A stretch of DNA of 64,000 nt from Octopus vulgaris. Lineage: Eukaryota. The DNA lies in assembly GCA_951406725.2 (NCBI GenBank), contig OX597837.1, forward strand, positions 41,230,001-41,294,000. Direction: 5' to 3'. The position numbers and the translations under genes were made by a program. How positions within the stretch are numbered: the stretch's first letter is position 1; each line of letters opens with the position of its first letter. The notes under the pieces were generated by a model that saw only the letters and a program-made list of their open reading frames with translations, did not search any database and had not been told where the DNA came from. This document shows positions 46,668 through 61,561 of this stretch, in pieces.

Positions 46668-46850
46668 TACATAAATACATATATATATATATATGTATGC
46701 ATGCATGAATGTATGTATATGTATATATATACATACATATATATATATATATACATACATTTATATATATATATATGTATGTATGAATATATATATTTAT
46801 GTGTGTTTGCGGGTATATATATATCTATATATTTATACATATATATATAC

Positions 46851-46894
<44 letters not shown>

Positions 46895-46903
46895 TATATA
46901 TAG

Positions 46904-46958
<55 letters not shown>

Positions 46959-46979
46959 CATATATATAGACAAACACAC

Positions 46980-47042
<63 letters not shown>

Positions 47043-47064
47043 TATAGACACACACACATAAATC

Positions 47065-47141
<77 letters not shown>

Positions 47142-47335
47142 TTATGGCTGCTAATGTGTCTCTCCTATCTTTTTTTAACGTGTCTTTTTATTGTTTGTTA
47201 AATGCGTCATCGTTGTAACGCGTTCTTGTTGATGTTGTTGTTGCATGGCTCCCAGTTAACGTAGATTTGAACCAGAAAACCTAATTTCTACAGCAATCCA
47301 GCTGCCACCATACCATTTCTATTATTCTGTTCGTC

Positions 47336-47399
<64 letters not shown>

Positions 47400-47679
47400 A
47401 ACAAAATAAACCCAAAGTCTACTTTAACCAAATGCTTTATTTCTGTTATCAAAACGCTACGTCGTGATCTGAGGAAGATCTGGCTGCTATTTCTGGCACA
47501 TTGACTAGTAATGGCTTCTTTTCTTTCTTTCTTTCGTTCTTTCGTTCTTTCTTTCTTGTTTTGCTAACCAATGCACTTGAATTCTTTGCTCCTCTGATAT
47601 TGATCTTTGGGTCTGAATCTGTTGTCATCCGCCTTTATCCGTTCCGCCCTGCATTTATTTAAAAAATACGATTCGATTT

Positions 47680-47905
47680 GGCCAAGGCGTAAGATTGTGG
47701 TTTCGATTCCCGGCTCGGTGATTGTTTTTCTTTTTGCTTTTGAGCAGAACACTTCATCTCATGTTGAACTAGTTTAGCGGACTGGAGCAACGTAAAGTGA
47801 AGTGGCTTGCCCAAGAACACAACGCGTCGCCCGGTCCGGAATCGAAATCACAATCTTACGGTCATGAGTCCAAGACCCTAACCACTCGGCCACACGCCTC
47901 CACAA
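47680..47905. mobile_element. Two SINE family D 5' fragments in inverted orientation
   Basis: gtaagattgtggtttcgattcccgg (+) and ccggaatcgaaatcacaatcttac (-). Confidence 0.65.
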
Positions 47906-48097
47906 TAAGAAAATTAATAAGGATTATCATGGATTATACCAGTGCCATGCTCAAGACCCTGATTTCTTAACAATAAACCACAATAAACACAGAACACACA
48001 AATCTGAGCACTATAGCATGTGTTTGTGTGTATGTTTGTGTGTGAGTGTGTGTATGTGTTTATGTATGTATTTATGTGTGTATCTACTACAACTATT

Positions 48098-48174
<77 letters not shown>

Positions 48175-48198
48175 CATTATTATTATTATTATTATTAT

Positions 48199-48635
48199 TG
48201 AGAGAGCAGTGCATGCCATCAAAGTGACAGTGGGGTAAAATATACGAAGCCCAGTAAACCTATCATGACTACCTGTCTGATAAGGGTACACCAGGCACAT
48301 GCATCACAATCATATGCGAACGACATAGTGATCTCATATCAAGATAAACAGCGCATGATCTTGCAGGTGGCGCCCAGTTAGAATTTTCTTCAGGTCGAGT
48401 AGCCCATCCCGCTCAAAAGGTCCCTGAATAAGGATTGTTTAAGGAAGTTGAACGAACCACCCATGTTTCGAAAGGTGAATTATCCAAAATTCTAAGAATT
48501 TCTTTCAACATACGGCTATGATGCTCCCCCACTACTTCTGCTCATGATCAGAGATACATATATTGTCAGCCCCTAACGGATATGCTCAAGTGGTTATAGT
48601 CAAGCAACTGACAAGCAAATCTGTGGTATTGAGCA
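48199..48635 (-). mobile_element. Interspersed repeat family E abutting (ATT)n
   Basis: overlapping homology with 17191-17470. Confidence 0.65.
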
Positions 48636-48659
48636 AGAAAGTTCATTTTCGGGACTTGA

Positions 48660-49010
48660 TGCCTTGGGAACTAGACAAAAATTGCTGCAGCTCGGCTGAG
48701 ATGTGTTACCCCACTCTCCATATTCACCAGATATTGCTCCTTCGGATTTCCACTTATTCAGGCCTCTGCAGAATAGTCTTAATGGTAAAAATTGCAATTC
48801 CTTGGATGACGTAAAAAGATACATTGATGAATTATTTGCCGTGAAACCACTTCAATTCTGGGAAGAGGGTATTTTCAAGTTAAAGGAAAGATGAAGACGC
48901 ATTGTGCAACAAAATGGTTCATATTTGGTTGATTAAAAATGTAATGGCAAGTATTTATTGACCTTTTTCTTTCCTTTAAAAATCGGCACGAACATTCTAG
49001 ACAACCCAAT
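48660..49010 (+). pseudogene. mariner transposase 3' remnant with right TIR
   Basis: LPHSPYSPDIAPSDFHLF (YSPDLAPSD motif), GIFKLKER*RRIVQQNGSY; TIR-like aaatcggcacgaacattctagacaacccaat. Confidence 0.9.
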
Positions 49011-49057
49011 TTTAGTAGGAACCTTATAAAAAAAATTGTTCTAATATTTTGTGTATT

Positions 49058-49477
49058 ACTCCTTACTCCTTTACTCTTTTACTTGTTTCAGTCATTTGAC
49101 TGCGGCCATGCTGGAGCACCGCCCTTTAGTCGAGCAACTCGACCCCGGGACTTATTCTTTTTGTAAGCCCAGTACTTATTCTATCGGTCTTTTTTTACCG
49201 AACCGCTAACTGACGGGGACGTTAACACACCAGCATCGGTTGTCAAGCAATGCTAGGGGAACAAACACAGACACAAACACACACACACATACATATATAT
49301 ATATACATATATACGACAGGCTTCTTTCAGTTTCCGTCTACCAAATCCCACTCACAAGGCATTGGTCGGCCCGGGGCTATAGCAGAAGACACTTGCCCAA
49401 GATGCCACGCAATGGGACTGAACCCGGAACCATGTGGTTGGTGAGCAAGCTACTTACCACACAGCCACTCCTGCGTC
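49058..49477 (-). mobile_element. SINE family A, full length
   Basis: very similar to 58839-59259. Confidence 0.9.
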
Positions 49478-49896
49478 TGTAAATGTATAAACAGTTTATT
49501 GCTCACAATTTTTAACAACTAAAACTTGTATGGACCCCCAAGGTTCATGTGTGCCCCAGTTGAAAGCCACAAATTTAAAGAAAAGACACCCTGTTTGTTT
49601 GAAAATAACAGGACAGCTGTAAACTCGTATTTTTGCTTCAATAGACGTCATCAGCGCAGCAGTTGTTCTAGCTTATCTTCAAACGTGACGTTTAGACATA
49701 TCAACTATTTAATTATGTTATCTAATTATATTATCTTAATCAAATAATTGAATAAAAGAAATAGAAATTGTGGAACACATTTTATGGCCTCGGTCATTTG
49801 CGTAAATGACCGTTGGAAATGAGCTACGAAAACTGTCTCCGAATAGCCAGGTATTTGAACAGCAAGCACAAAGGTGGATATATTAAATGACGTAAA

Positions 49897-50450
49897 TAGG
49901 CGCAGGCGTGGCTGTGTGGTGAGAAGTTTTCTTCCCAACCATATGGTTCCGAGTTCAATTCCTCAGCATGGTACTTTGAGCGAGTGAGCTGGCAGAAACG
50001 TTAGCACGCCGTGCGAAATGCGTAACCGTATTTCGTCTGCCGTTACGTTCTGAGTTCAAATTCCGCCGAGGTCGACTTTGCCTTTCATCCTTTCGGGGTC
50101 GAAAGTTACGCACTGGGGTCGATATAATCGACTTAATCCGTTTGTCTGTCCTTCTTTGTCCTCTCTGTGTTTAGCCCCTTGTGGGTAGTAAAGAAATAGG
50201 TACATTGAGTGAGTGTTATAACCACTGAGTGGAGGTGACAGACGTATGTGTGTGTCTGTGTGTATGTGTTTGTCCCCCACTACCGCTGGACAACCGACGT
50301 TAGTGTGTTTAAGTTCCCGTAAGGTAGCCGTTCGTCAAAAGAGATCGATAGAATGAGTACTGCGGACAATTCATTCGACTAAAAATTCTTGAAAGCGGTG
50401 TCCGAACACAGCCGTAGTCTAAAGACTGAAACAAGTAAAAGAGTAAAGAG
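49897..50450 (+). mobile_element. Diverged SINE A interrupted by a single SINE B unit (49985-50200)
   Basis: A head 49897-49985, B unit with head, A 3' half 50240-50450. Confidence 0.75.
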
Positions 50451-50545
50451 ATATATACACAGATTCTCCAGCAGTGTTTGATTTTCATACTTGTCATTAT
50501 TATGTGTTAAACCCATACATTTTGACCGTCACTATTTATCAAAAA

Positions 50546-51006
<461 letters not shown>

Positions 51007-51159
51007 TTACATCGAACTGCCATAAACAGCGGCCATATTTAAACAATTTTACTTTGGTCAAGAGAAGAAGATTTTGAACAACAGTGATTTCATAACCGGT
51101 TACCTTATCATCAACAGTCGTCAACCCTACCCATATTTGACTATTGTGAACTTGTATAT

Positions 51160-51711
51160 AAGACGGCGAGCTGGCAGAAACGTTAGCACGCCGGGCAAAC
51201 TGCTTAGCGGCATTTCGTCCGTCTTTACGTTCTATGTTCGAATTCCGCCGAGGTCGACTTTGCCTTTTATCCTTTCAGGGTCGATAAAATAAGTACTAGT
51301 TGATCACTGGGGTCAATGTAATCGTCGACTTTCCCTCTCCCCCAAATTTCAAGCCTTGTGCCTATAATAGAAAGGATTATTATTATTATTGTTCTCCAAG
51401 CTGGCAAAATCGTTAGCATGCCGAAAGAAATGCTTAGCGGCATTTTGTCCGTCTTTACGTTCTGAGTTCAATTTCCGCTGAGGTCGACTTTCCCTTTCAT
51501 CCTTTCGGGGTCAAAATTCGAAACCAATATGATTGGACGCCTTAAGTCGTGAAGCTGTCAGTATCGCTAGCACGCCGGTCAAAATGTTTTTTTTTTTAGC
51601 ATTTCTTCCGTCTGAGTTCAAATTCTGCCTCGGTCGACTTTGCTTCTAATTCTCTTAGAGAACATAAAATAGGTACCGGTTGATCTCTGGGATCGGTATA
51701 ACCGACTTACT

Positions 51712-51777
<66 letters not shown>

Positions 51778-51835
51778 TGATATTGCTTGTCCTTCTCCGA
51801 AATTGCTGGCTTTGTGCCAAAATTTGAAAATCATT
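51160..51835 (+). mobile_element. Cluster of three SINE B-related copies
   Basis: heads at ~51160, ~51398 and ~51550, each followed by the gaggtcgactttgcc-type core. Confidence 0.8.
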
Positions 51836-52376
51836 ATTAAGTGTCTTATTAAAATAGGTTAGTGATTTGAATAGCCGATGCGTTGGACAATAGGTATTGT
51901 GATAGTGATGATGACGAAGGCAGAGGAGACAAAGCAAGCCGCAGTGCATTATGGTCACGACTTAGCAAAGGGAATAAAACAGAAACAGAGGCAGAGAGAG
52001 AGGAGGAGAGGAGGGAGAGATAGAGAAAGTAGAAACGGAGAGCAGGGCATAACCAAAGACAGCGGTTTAGCTAATATATGTATGTATATACATAAATGCA
52101 TACACCACACACACACACACACACACACATATATGCATAAACATATACACACCCATATATGGATATGCATGACCATATTTGGATATATATATATATATAT
52201 ATGTATTCTTTTATTTTTTTACTTGTTTCAGTCATTTGATTGCGGCCATGCTGGGGCACCGCCTTGATTGGTGTTAGTCCAACAAATGGACCCCAATACT
52301 TACTTATATATATACATATATCCGTCGCCATAATTGACCGCAAAATCCACGAGTTTTTTTTTATTTTCTCGTGTTC

Positions 52377-52412
52377 CTTTCTGTTGAAGAGCGTAGGCTC
52401 AAAACATAAAAG
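52377..52412 (+). ncRNA. Degenerate minimal hammerhead-like motif (CTGT core) in TA-flanked element 52320-52500
   Basis: cttt-CTGTTGA-a-gagc gtag gctc-AAAAC-ATA-aaag. Confidence 0.4.
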
Positions 52413-52641
52413 ACTTCTCACCTTCACAAGCGTCAGACTAATACCCCTGCTTGCTGTTTATACACGTGTCTTCGTCTTCCGTTTTTCTGTAAATTTCAAC
52501 TATATATATATATATATGTGTGTGTATAATGTATTAGCAGACGCTAATGTGTATGTGATTATGTGCGTCTGTGTGTATGTATGTGTTAATATGTGAATAT
52601 GTGTGTGTGAGTGTGTGTATAATTGTGTGTATGTTTGACTG

Positions 52642-52703
<62 letters not shown>

Positions 52704-53067
52704 TATATATATATATCTGTCTATATGTCTGAGTTCGTGACTACATGTATGTGGGTGTATGCGTTGAGTGTGTGACTGTGTATATGTGTGTATGTGTGTA
52801 TGTGTGTATGTGTGTGTTGCTATATGCGCGTATCTCAAAGCTTACAATGTATGTGGAGGTCCAGACGACCGGATACTAAGAGCAAAGAGCAATATTTCAA
52901 ATACATGTCAACTAATTCTTCTGCTTCTCCCTTCCCCTGGGGGGGTCATTCGAGTGCATTCTTTCTCTTTTTTTACAAATCCATGTTGAAGATTTGTACT
53001 GCTATAATGCAAGCGGGCATGCATTGTTTAATCGAAACACACCCCCAGAAGCAGACACATACACACC

Positions 53068-53128
<61 letters not shown>

Positions 53129-53218
53129 GGTGAGTATATACATATATATATATATATATATTTCATATATGCTTATATCTATCAATCAATCTATCTATCT
53201 GTCTATCTATCTTCCTCT

Positions 53219-53292
<74 letters not shown>

Positions 53293-53529
53293 GCAGACAT
53301 ACACATATACACCAGCACACACACACATACACATACCCAAATACGCATACTTGTAACAAAGAAGAGTGTACTTGCATTTGTGATATATACATATATATAT
53401 ACATATATATATATACACGTATATATGTATATATTATTATATATATATGTATGTATACATACATAGATACATATAAATATATACATGTGTATATATGTGT
53501 GTATATATATATGTGTATACATATATGTG

Positions 53530-53577
<48 letters not shown>

Positions 53578-53578
53578 C

Positions 53579-53610
53579 TTTCGTCACACTTCTGTGACCT
53601 CATCAGTGGT
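53579..53610 (-). ncRNA. Truncated hammerhead (core and stem II only)
   Basis: CTGATGA-g-gtcaca gaag tgtgac-GAAA, then lost into (TA)n. Confidence 0.55.
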
Positions 53611-53926
53611 CCTTTGCTTTCTTTTTTCATATTTGTGTGTCTTTTCATACATATATATATATATATAATTGCCTTATTTGTGTATTAAGGCTACCATTGG
53701 TTTCATATTAAAGAAAGTAGGAAAATATCCTTATATCTTAAGAAATTTTCAAGCTGGTCACATGGAGAAAGGTGTTCGAATCCATTTTTTTTTGGAAACA
53801 CAGCTTAAAATACTAGCATATTTTCATACTTTTCTTAACATGTAACCAATGGTAGCCTTAATTCACAAATAAAGAAATTATATCCAACAATGCGGTGTTG
53901 AGATCTAACTTTTATCGTGCGACATT

Positions 53927-53982
<56 letters not shown>

Positions 53983-54015
53983 TTATTATTATTATTATCA
54001 TCATTATTATTATTA

Positions 54016-54096
<81 letters not shown>

Positions 54097-54136
54097 GGTT
54101 CATCTTGTATTTCAAAATATATTTTTTTTCACTGGT

Positions 54137-54252
54137 TTTTAATCTACCGACTCCGAAGGGATGAAAGACAAAGTCGACCTCGGCGGAATTTTTATCTTAG
54201 AACGTAGCGGCAGACGAGACACCGCTAAGCGTTTCTGCCATCTCGCCACCTT
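54137..54252 (-). mobile_element. SINE family B fragment
   Basis: gatgaaagacaaagtcgacctcggcggaattt. Confidence 0.7.
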
Positions 54253-54256
54253 AGTG

Positions 54257-54345
<89 letters not shown>

Positions 54346-54467
54346 AAGAAGAAGAAGAAGAAGATCATTTCGTCCGACTGATAAATATTAAGGAGATGCC
54401 CCAGCGTGGCCGCAGTGAAATAACGGAAACAAATAAAAGAACAAAAGAATATACATACATAATTGTG

Positions 54468-54531
<64 letters not shown>

Positions 54532-55218
54532 TGTCTGTGTGTGTGTCTGTATATATATGTAATGGTGTAATAAAGTATTGATTGGGTATTATCTGATGGT
54601 TGATGATTGATTGATTTAAGTATGTTTCTCCATTTTCTAATTTTGTATATATATATTTATGTATGCATATCTAAGTGTGTGCATATGTGTGTGTATGTGT
54701 ATAAGTGTGTCTGTGTGTGCGCGCGAATGTACAACGCGTTTATCTAGAATAAATAGAAGCCTACATTCAATACATACATACATGCATACAATACATATGA
54801 ACACACACACAGACACAGACACACACACACACACACACACACACAAGCACCCACACACACAAATACACGACGACATACATACATACACGCATAGAAAAAA
54901 AAAAGTCGGTCCACCAACCAAAATTGCCAGAATACAAACAGGCCATTTCTATGGCTACGCATGTCTTTGACGCTGGTGCAATCAAAGGCGATTTTCGGTT
55001 TGGTAATTCGGTGAGAACAGCAGCTGTCCATGTATACATGTAGTGGGAACCATTAGTGTAACAGGTTAAGGCTTGTACACGATAATTCTTCCAGTTGGCT
55101 GCACTCAATCACAGCTTTCCCAACTCTAGATCGACCTGGTTCTGTGGGTTACAACGCACAAACCTCTGTATGATTGTGCGTGTCTATGTATGCATTTATA
55201 TATGTATGTGTGTGTGTT

Positions 55219-55286
<68 letters not shown>

Positions 55287-55431
55287 CATAGAGCACTGAC
55301 CCGGTGAAGCAATTGACTTACTCAGATATAAGTCAACCTGTTGCTTGTGATTAAAAGACAGAAATAATGTGAGTGTATATACACTCCTTCTCTCTTTCTC
55401 ACCTATACACATATTTATATTCATATACATA

Positions 55432-55475
<44 letters not shown>

Positions 55476-55567
55476 TAGTTAATTTTTTGGCTCAAAAAGC
55501 AAAAGCAAGGCCATGTAGGGGGACATGGAGTTATGTACAGGGAGGGTGGTCCTACAAAGAGTTCAGA

Positions 55568-55619
<52 letters not shown>

Positions 55620-55645
55620 TAGCAATATTATTATATATTATATAT

Positions 55646-55690
<45 letters not shown>

Positions 55691-56174
55691 ATATATTTAA
55701 ATATGAAAATTGAGCAAAAATGAGTATAAATTTTATTTTAAATTTGTAAAATAGTCGAAGGCTTTTTTAAAAGTCAAATGTAAAATATGAAGGTGAAATA
55801 TGTACCAGTATCGTAATACAAAAGATGTTTCTATTTTAGATGTAAAAGACAAATTCAAATACGAAAGTCAAAAACAATTTTTCGAAAAACAGAAATTTTT
55901 ACCCAAACGGAATTTTCTCAGTCAACATTTTAGACGTCATAGCATTCCTGCGAGAATTAAAACGTTCCACAAGAGACAATCACAAAGCTCATCAGTTCAA
56001 TGCCAAAAATAGTTTCTGAATTAAAAACTGCAAAAGGAATGTCAACTAAATACTAAAGTATTTAGTCTTACCTAACTATATATATATATATATATATATA
56101 TCGCCATGATAGATCGTTAGCCACTACACAGATTTTTTTCTCTTCTTGTTTCTCTCCTTGTTTTTTCTGTGTCC

Positions 56175-56210
56175 CTTTCTGTAGAAGAGCGTAGGCTCGA
56201 AACATAAAAA
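56175..56210 (+). ncRNA. Minimal hammerhead-like motif (CTGT core) in element 56101-56302
   Basis: cttt-CTGTAGA-a-gagc gtag gctc-GAAAC-ATA-aaaa; same family as 52320-52500. Confidence 0.45.
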
Positions 56211-56303
56211 ACTTTTTCTATTCTTGAGCGTTATACTAATACATCTGTTTGTTTTGTACATCATCTGTCTTCGTCTTTTTTTTTTTTCGTAAACTCTCCC
56301 TAT

Positions 56304-56336
<33 letters not shown>

Positions 56337-56911
56337 CACACACACGCACACACACGCACACATATCAAAGTAACCTTCTGCTAAAAACATACTTCACTCC
56401 CACTCGTTTTCCAGTAAGCCGGACACAAATCTGGCGTTTCTGACTGCCCGTGCTATTGCGAGTTTATCGTTGAAGCTACATTGCATTCGTCCGTTCTTTT
56501 GACAAGTTTTGCTTTACTACTGCTGAGCAACACTCATAACCAGCTCAGCTAGATTGGGGTTGCCGGTTTAGTCGCTGATGATCCGATCATGCGACATGTG
56601 AAACCGGATATGCAAGAAATGTCACTGGACATGTTGGGAATATTTTGCTTCCGGTTTAGCTCTCCACCTCATTCCTGAGCGTGTGACCCATATGAGACCG
56701 GATGTCTTGCCTTGGCTTGTCTCTGGATCATATTATAGGCGGAGGAAGGGACTATGAGGCGTCGTGGAAGCTTCACTGGACCAAAAATTTGTTTTTAACC
56801 TTACACCTTTCAAACCGGCGGAGCCAAAAGTATAAAGAATAAAGTTGTGTGAATACACCGTATGCTTGATAGCCAGTTATTGCATTCCTTAGTCACAAGT
56901 GTAAATCCATC

Positions 56912-56960
<49 letters not shown>

Positions 56961-57108
56961 TAAATATATACGTATATAAACTTGTGTGTGTGTGTGTATG
57001 TATACATCTAAGTATATATATGTATATGTATATATGTATATGTATATATATATGTATATCTATATATATATATATGTATATATATATGTATGTATATATA
57101 TATATATA

Positions 57109-57492
57109 CTAGCAGTATCGCCCGGCGTTGCTCAGGTTTGTAAGGGAAATAACTATAAAGCATTTTTAGAGAGTTATAGCCAAAAAATAGCAAAAAAATG
57201 GGAAAAAAAATGATGGTAAATTTTTTTGAGAGTTAAAAAAGGTGGAGTTGCGTCCCCTAGACGGTCTGTGGTTTGGGTTTCTGATTCTCGACCCCATGTC
57301 GAATTTATCGATTTTTTTCAGAACTGGGGGAACTTTTCAAAATTTTCGCTGCGTTAGTTTTGAATTATGACATTGGGCTATGTGTGTGTCAAGTTTCATC
57401 AGAATCGGTTGAAAGCCGTGGTCAGGGTGAGGGTACGAGAAAACAGACACACAGAAAACGCACAGACAAACTGCCGTTTATATAGAGAGAGA
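57109..57492 (-). mobile_element. Non-autonomous Helitron (Lep1-like architecture)
   Basis: minus strand A|TC start at 57492, CTAG|T end at 57109, imperfect GC hairpin cctgagcaacgccggg ~12 nt from the 3' end, no TSD. Confidence 0.75.
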
Positions 57493-57820
57493 TTGTTGTG
57501 TCGGGGAAGAGTCATTCTCTTTTAGTGCCTTATAATTTAACACACTCACCGGTAAAATTTCCACTCATTTACTTATTTATTTTTCCTAAAATTTTAGTTG
57601 CGTCTTGCAACCTTTTGGTGTGTTAAATAATAAGACACTAAAAGAGCCATTAAATATTAAACATTATACTTACTCTGTATATTCATAATTCCAAAATGTT
57701 CCTTAATTGTCCGAAATATGGAAATTTTGGGATTATGCTTCATAAAGAATCTTGCAAACCAAATCCCAAAACCAAGTATATATATATATACAGTATATAT
57801 TTGGATTTGGTTTACAAGAT

Positions 57821-57972
57821 TGGCTGTGTGGTAAGTAGCTTGTTTACCAACCACATGGTTCCGGGTTCAGTCCCACTGCGTGGCACCTTGGGCAAGTGTC
57901 TTCTGCTATAGCCTCGGGCCGACCAATGCCTTGTGAGTAGATTTGGTAGACGGAAACTGAAAGAAGCCCATC

Positions 57973-58019
<47 letters not shown>

Positions 58020-58345
58020 TACGTGTGTTTGTGTGTCTGTATTTGTCCCCCTAGCATTGCTTGACAACCGATGCTGGTGTGTTTATGTACCCGTTACTTA
58101 GCGGTTCGGCAAAAGAGACCGATAGAATAAGTGCTGGGCTTACAAAAGAATAAGTTCCGGGGTCGAGTTGCTCCAGCATGGCCGCAGTCAAATGACTGAA
58201 ACAAGTAAAAGAGTATACCAAATCCACTCACAAGGCTTTGGTTGACCCGAGTCTATTGTAGAGGTTGCCCAGGTGCCAGGCAGTGGGACTGAACCCGGAA
58301 CAATGTGGTTGGGAAGCAAGCTCTCTTACCGCACATCCACGCCTA
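57821..58345. mobile_element. SINE A (+, 57821-58213) fused to an inverted SINE A 5' half (-, 58214-58345)
   Basis: consensus matches. Confidence 0.85.
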
Positions 58346-58838
58346 CCCCTTTACATAAACGTGTGTTTATACCTACACACACGTGTTTGTACGCGTGCGT
58401 GCGTGTGCATGCGTGTGCGCGCGCGTGCGTGTATGCATGTGTGTGTGTGTCTGTGTGTGTAAATTCCTACGGGGCGGCTTCGCGAACTGGTTTCCACGAT
58501 GCCGGCGCAAATGCATCGCGAAAATGTAACGCAAATAATGCATAACAAAGCCATCACCTTTTGTACAGGAAGCGACATTCTACGACCACATTCCATTCAT
58601 TTCGAATGACCTGTGTCAGCTAACGAAGCACTTATGCCCGCTTTTCTATACTTTTGCTGCAACTCTCGTTTACGCAACGGCGAGAATGAAAGAAAAGAGG
58701 AGAGACAGACAGGATGAGAAATTCATTAAGAAGTTGTACTTCAAGATTTCTCACATTAATTAGTCGAATTACGCTGACAAAAATTAATGAACTTGTGAAA
58801 TTTTAACACGCTTGTGTTTTTTTTTTATGTGAATTTTC

Positions 58839-59259
58839 TACTCTCTTTTACTCTTTTACTTGTTTCAGTCATTTGACTGCGGCCATGCTGGAGCACCGCC
58901 TTTTAGTCGAGCAAATCGACCCCGGAACTTATTCTTTTTTGTAAGCCCAGTACTTATTTTATCGGTCTCTTTTGCCGAACCGCTAAGTAACGGGGACGTA
59001 AACACACCAGCATCGGTTGTCAAGCAATGCTAGGGGGACAAACACAAACACACAAACATATACACACACACTTATATATATATATACATATATACGACAG
59101 GCTTCTTTCAGTTTCCGTCTACCAAATCCCACTCACAAGGCATTGGTCGGCCCGGGGCTATAGCAGAAGACACTTGCCCAAGATGCCACGCAGTGGGACT
59201 GAACCCGGAACCATGTGGCTGGTAAGCAAGCTACTTACCACACAGCCACTCCTGCGCCT
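58839..59259 (-). mobile_element. SINE family A, full length
   Basis: consensus match. Confidence 0.9.
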
Positions 59260-59577
59260 ACATTCATTTTGATTTGTACCTGCAAACGTAGTCATTACAC
59301 CTGCTAGAAATAACAACTAAATCTTCTTCTATTCCCGAACCTTGAAGTTATAAATAGAGCATAATAGGTTTTTTTTTTTTAAACAAAGGAGCTTTCAAAC
59401 GTAGCTGCCCGACTGCAATAGTTCCGGGTTCAGTTCCGCTTCGTGGCACCTCGTGCAAGTTCTTCTACAATGGCTCTGAGCTGACCAAAGCTTCGTGAGT
59501 GAATAAGTAGACGGAAACTTGAAAGAAGTCTGACATACATATACAGACAGACGAACAGACAGACAGGGAGACAAATA

Positions 59578-59613
59578 GACAGACAGACAGATAGATAGAT
59601 AGATAGATAGATG

Positions 59614-59699
<86 letters not shown>

Positions 59700-59756
59700 C
59701 AGACAGATAGGTGGATGGATGGATGGATGGATGGATGGATGGATGGATGGACAGAT

Positions 59757-59831
<75 letters not shown>

Positions 59832-59866
59832 TGGACGGACGGACGGACAGACAGACAGGTAGATAG
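59578..59866. repeat. (GATA)n/(GGAT)n/(GACA)n microsatellite
   Basis: direct reading. Confidence 0.95.
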
Positions 59867-60780
59867 TCATAAGAAATATAAAATCAAACCGTAAAACTTC
59901 TTTAAGTACGCCAAAGAAACTGCCTCTGTGTGTTGCAAGGTAAGGCCATTCCTCCAAAACGATGATTCCCTCAGGGGAAATTCAAGGAGAATACGTGAAT
60001 CCCTGAATGAACACTTCACAGGTGTTAACACGCACTCCTTACGGCTCCTGCAAGTTAGCAAACCTGTAGAGTTCTTTATTACTATAGATGTAAAAATGGA
60101 GGCAGTAACGATTGATTACATCAACATCCAAGAAGAGGATTCAATACTGGCAATAGTTGACGTAGATGCTCCCGAAAAAAAATGAAGGAGGGAATAATAT
60201 ATCCTAATCATAAAGGAGAAAGCAGGGCAGGGACTAAAAACTATAGGCCTATTTCTCTGACCTCACACATTAGCCAAGTCATGGAGCGAATAGTCCAAAA
60301 GAAATTAGTTGCATTCCTTCAAGAAAATGATTTGCTGACTGACACCCAGCATGGTGTTCGACCAAGTAGAAAACATCCTGACACAGTTCTTGCAGCTCTA
60401 CGACTGGGTGTTGATAAAGTCGGCCATGTTATGATATGTCACGTGCTGCGTAATCTTGACATAGTCGGAAACTTGGAGAATGGCTACATGACTTTCCAAA
60501 AGCTAGAAGTCATGTAGTGGTAGCCAACGGGGTCACCTCCAAAGAAACACAAATAATCAGTAGTATTCCACGGGGCACTGTGTTAGGGCAGTTGTTATTC
60601 AGAGTGGCTCTCTCAAACACGATCTCTCTGCTGCTCAGATAGCCACCCTTGCCAGTTATGCAGATGACACAAAAGTCTCTCAGAGGATACAGAACCCTGA
60701 AGTTGGCTGGATGGCTCGTTCGAACTTTCAGACTGAGAGAAAAGGAAACCATGATAGCCATCTGGAGGATTGTAGAGGTA
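59867..60780 (+). mobile_element. CR1/L2-group LINE reverse transcriptase pseudogene fragment
   Basis: KNYRPISLTSHISQVMERIV, QHGVRPSR, SIPRGTVLG, and YADD at 60657-60668; frameshifts and deletions. Confidence 0.88.
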
Positions 60781-61033
60781 TAACTAACCTGTCTTTCTGA
60801 CATTTTCTCTTGAAAATGTCGGAAAGACAGGTCAGTTATTCCCCTACGATTTTTTGTAAATTCTTAAATATATCTCCTGTATATATTTATATATATACTA
60901 CTAAACAAACATGATTTTTATTGAACTCAAAATACTTTTTAGGTGACTCGTTCTGATCACTTTCTTAAATACTTCTTTGTAAACTGTTTTAAACATTTTC
61001 TTATTATTATCAAAGAATGTATATCTGTATTTT

Positions 61034-61561
61034 AAATGGACATTTCTTTTAAACAACGAAAAGATAGAGTACAGGACATACAAAACAAGGAAAATTCCCC
61101 TTCTTCAGTCGCCTTAGTTTCATCTACTCCACGTTTCGAAGGTCAACGCGATACATGACTTCAATAAAACTTTCCTTCCCGCGAAAATCAAATTAAATAA
61201 AATTTGCGGGGTAAAAATGGTAACAAAAACAGGACAGTAACGATGTACAAAATATAAACAGTAAAAGACAGGACACGGAGAATAACAGTAACACAAACAA
61301 GAAGGGCTGTTAAGCCAAACGAGATAAAAAATTTTTACGAATGCTGTTTTTTGAGAACGGCAGGGAGCAACAGATTTTACCGTCTCTACTTGAAGGAAGC
61401 CAGGAGAAGAAAGACAGTGGTGGCCATCTCATCACGTGATGTATCGCCTTGACCCTCGAAACGTGGAGTAGATGAAACTAAGGCGACTGAAGAAGGGGAA
61501 TTTTCCTTGTTTTGTATGTCCTGTACTCTATTTTTTCGTTGTTTAAAAGAAATGTCCATTT
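61034..61561. repeat. ~123 bp inverted repeat (61034-61157 / 61439-61561), PLE-like element
   Basis: near-identical arms; degenerate hammerhead-like 3' half ctcGAAACgtggagtaga. Confidence 0.7.

Noticed and set aside
56400-56780. Possible HDV-like or twister ribozyme in an RTE 5'-UTR-like repeat (shares gcgactaaaccggcaacccca with 9665-9686)
   Set aside because: Could not thread either consensus fold by eye
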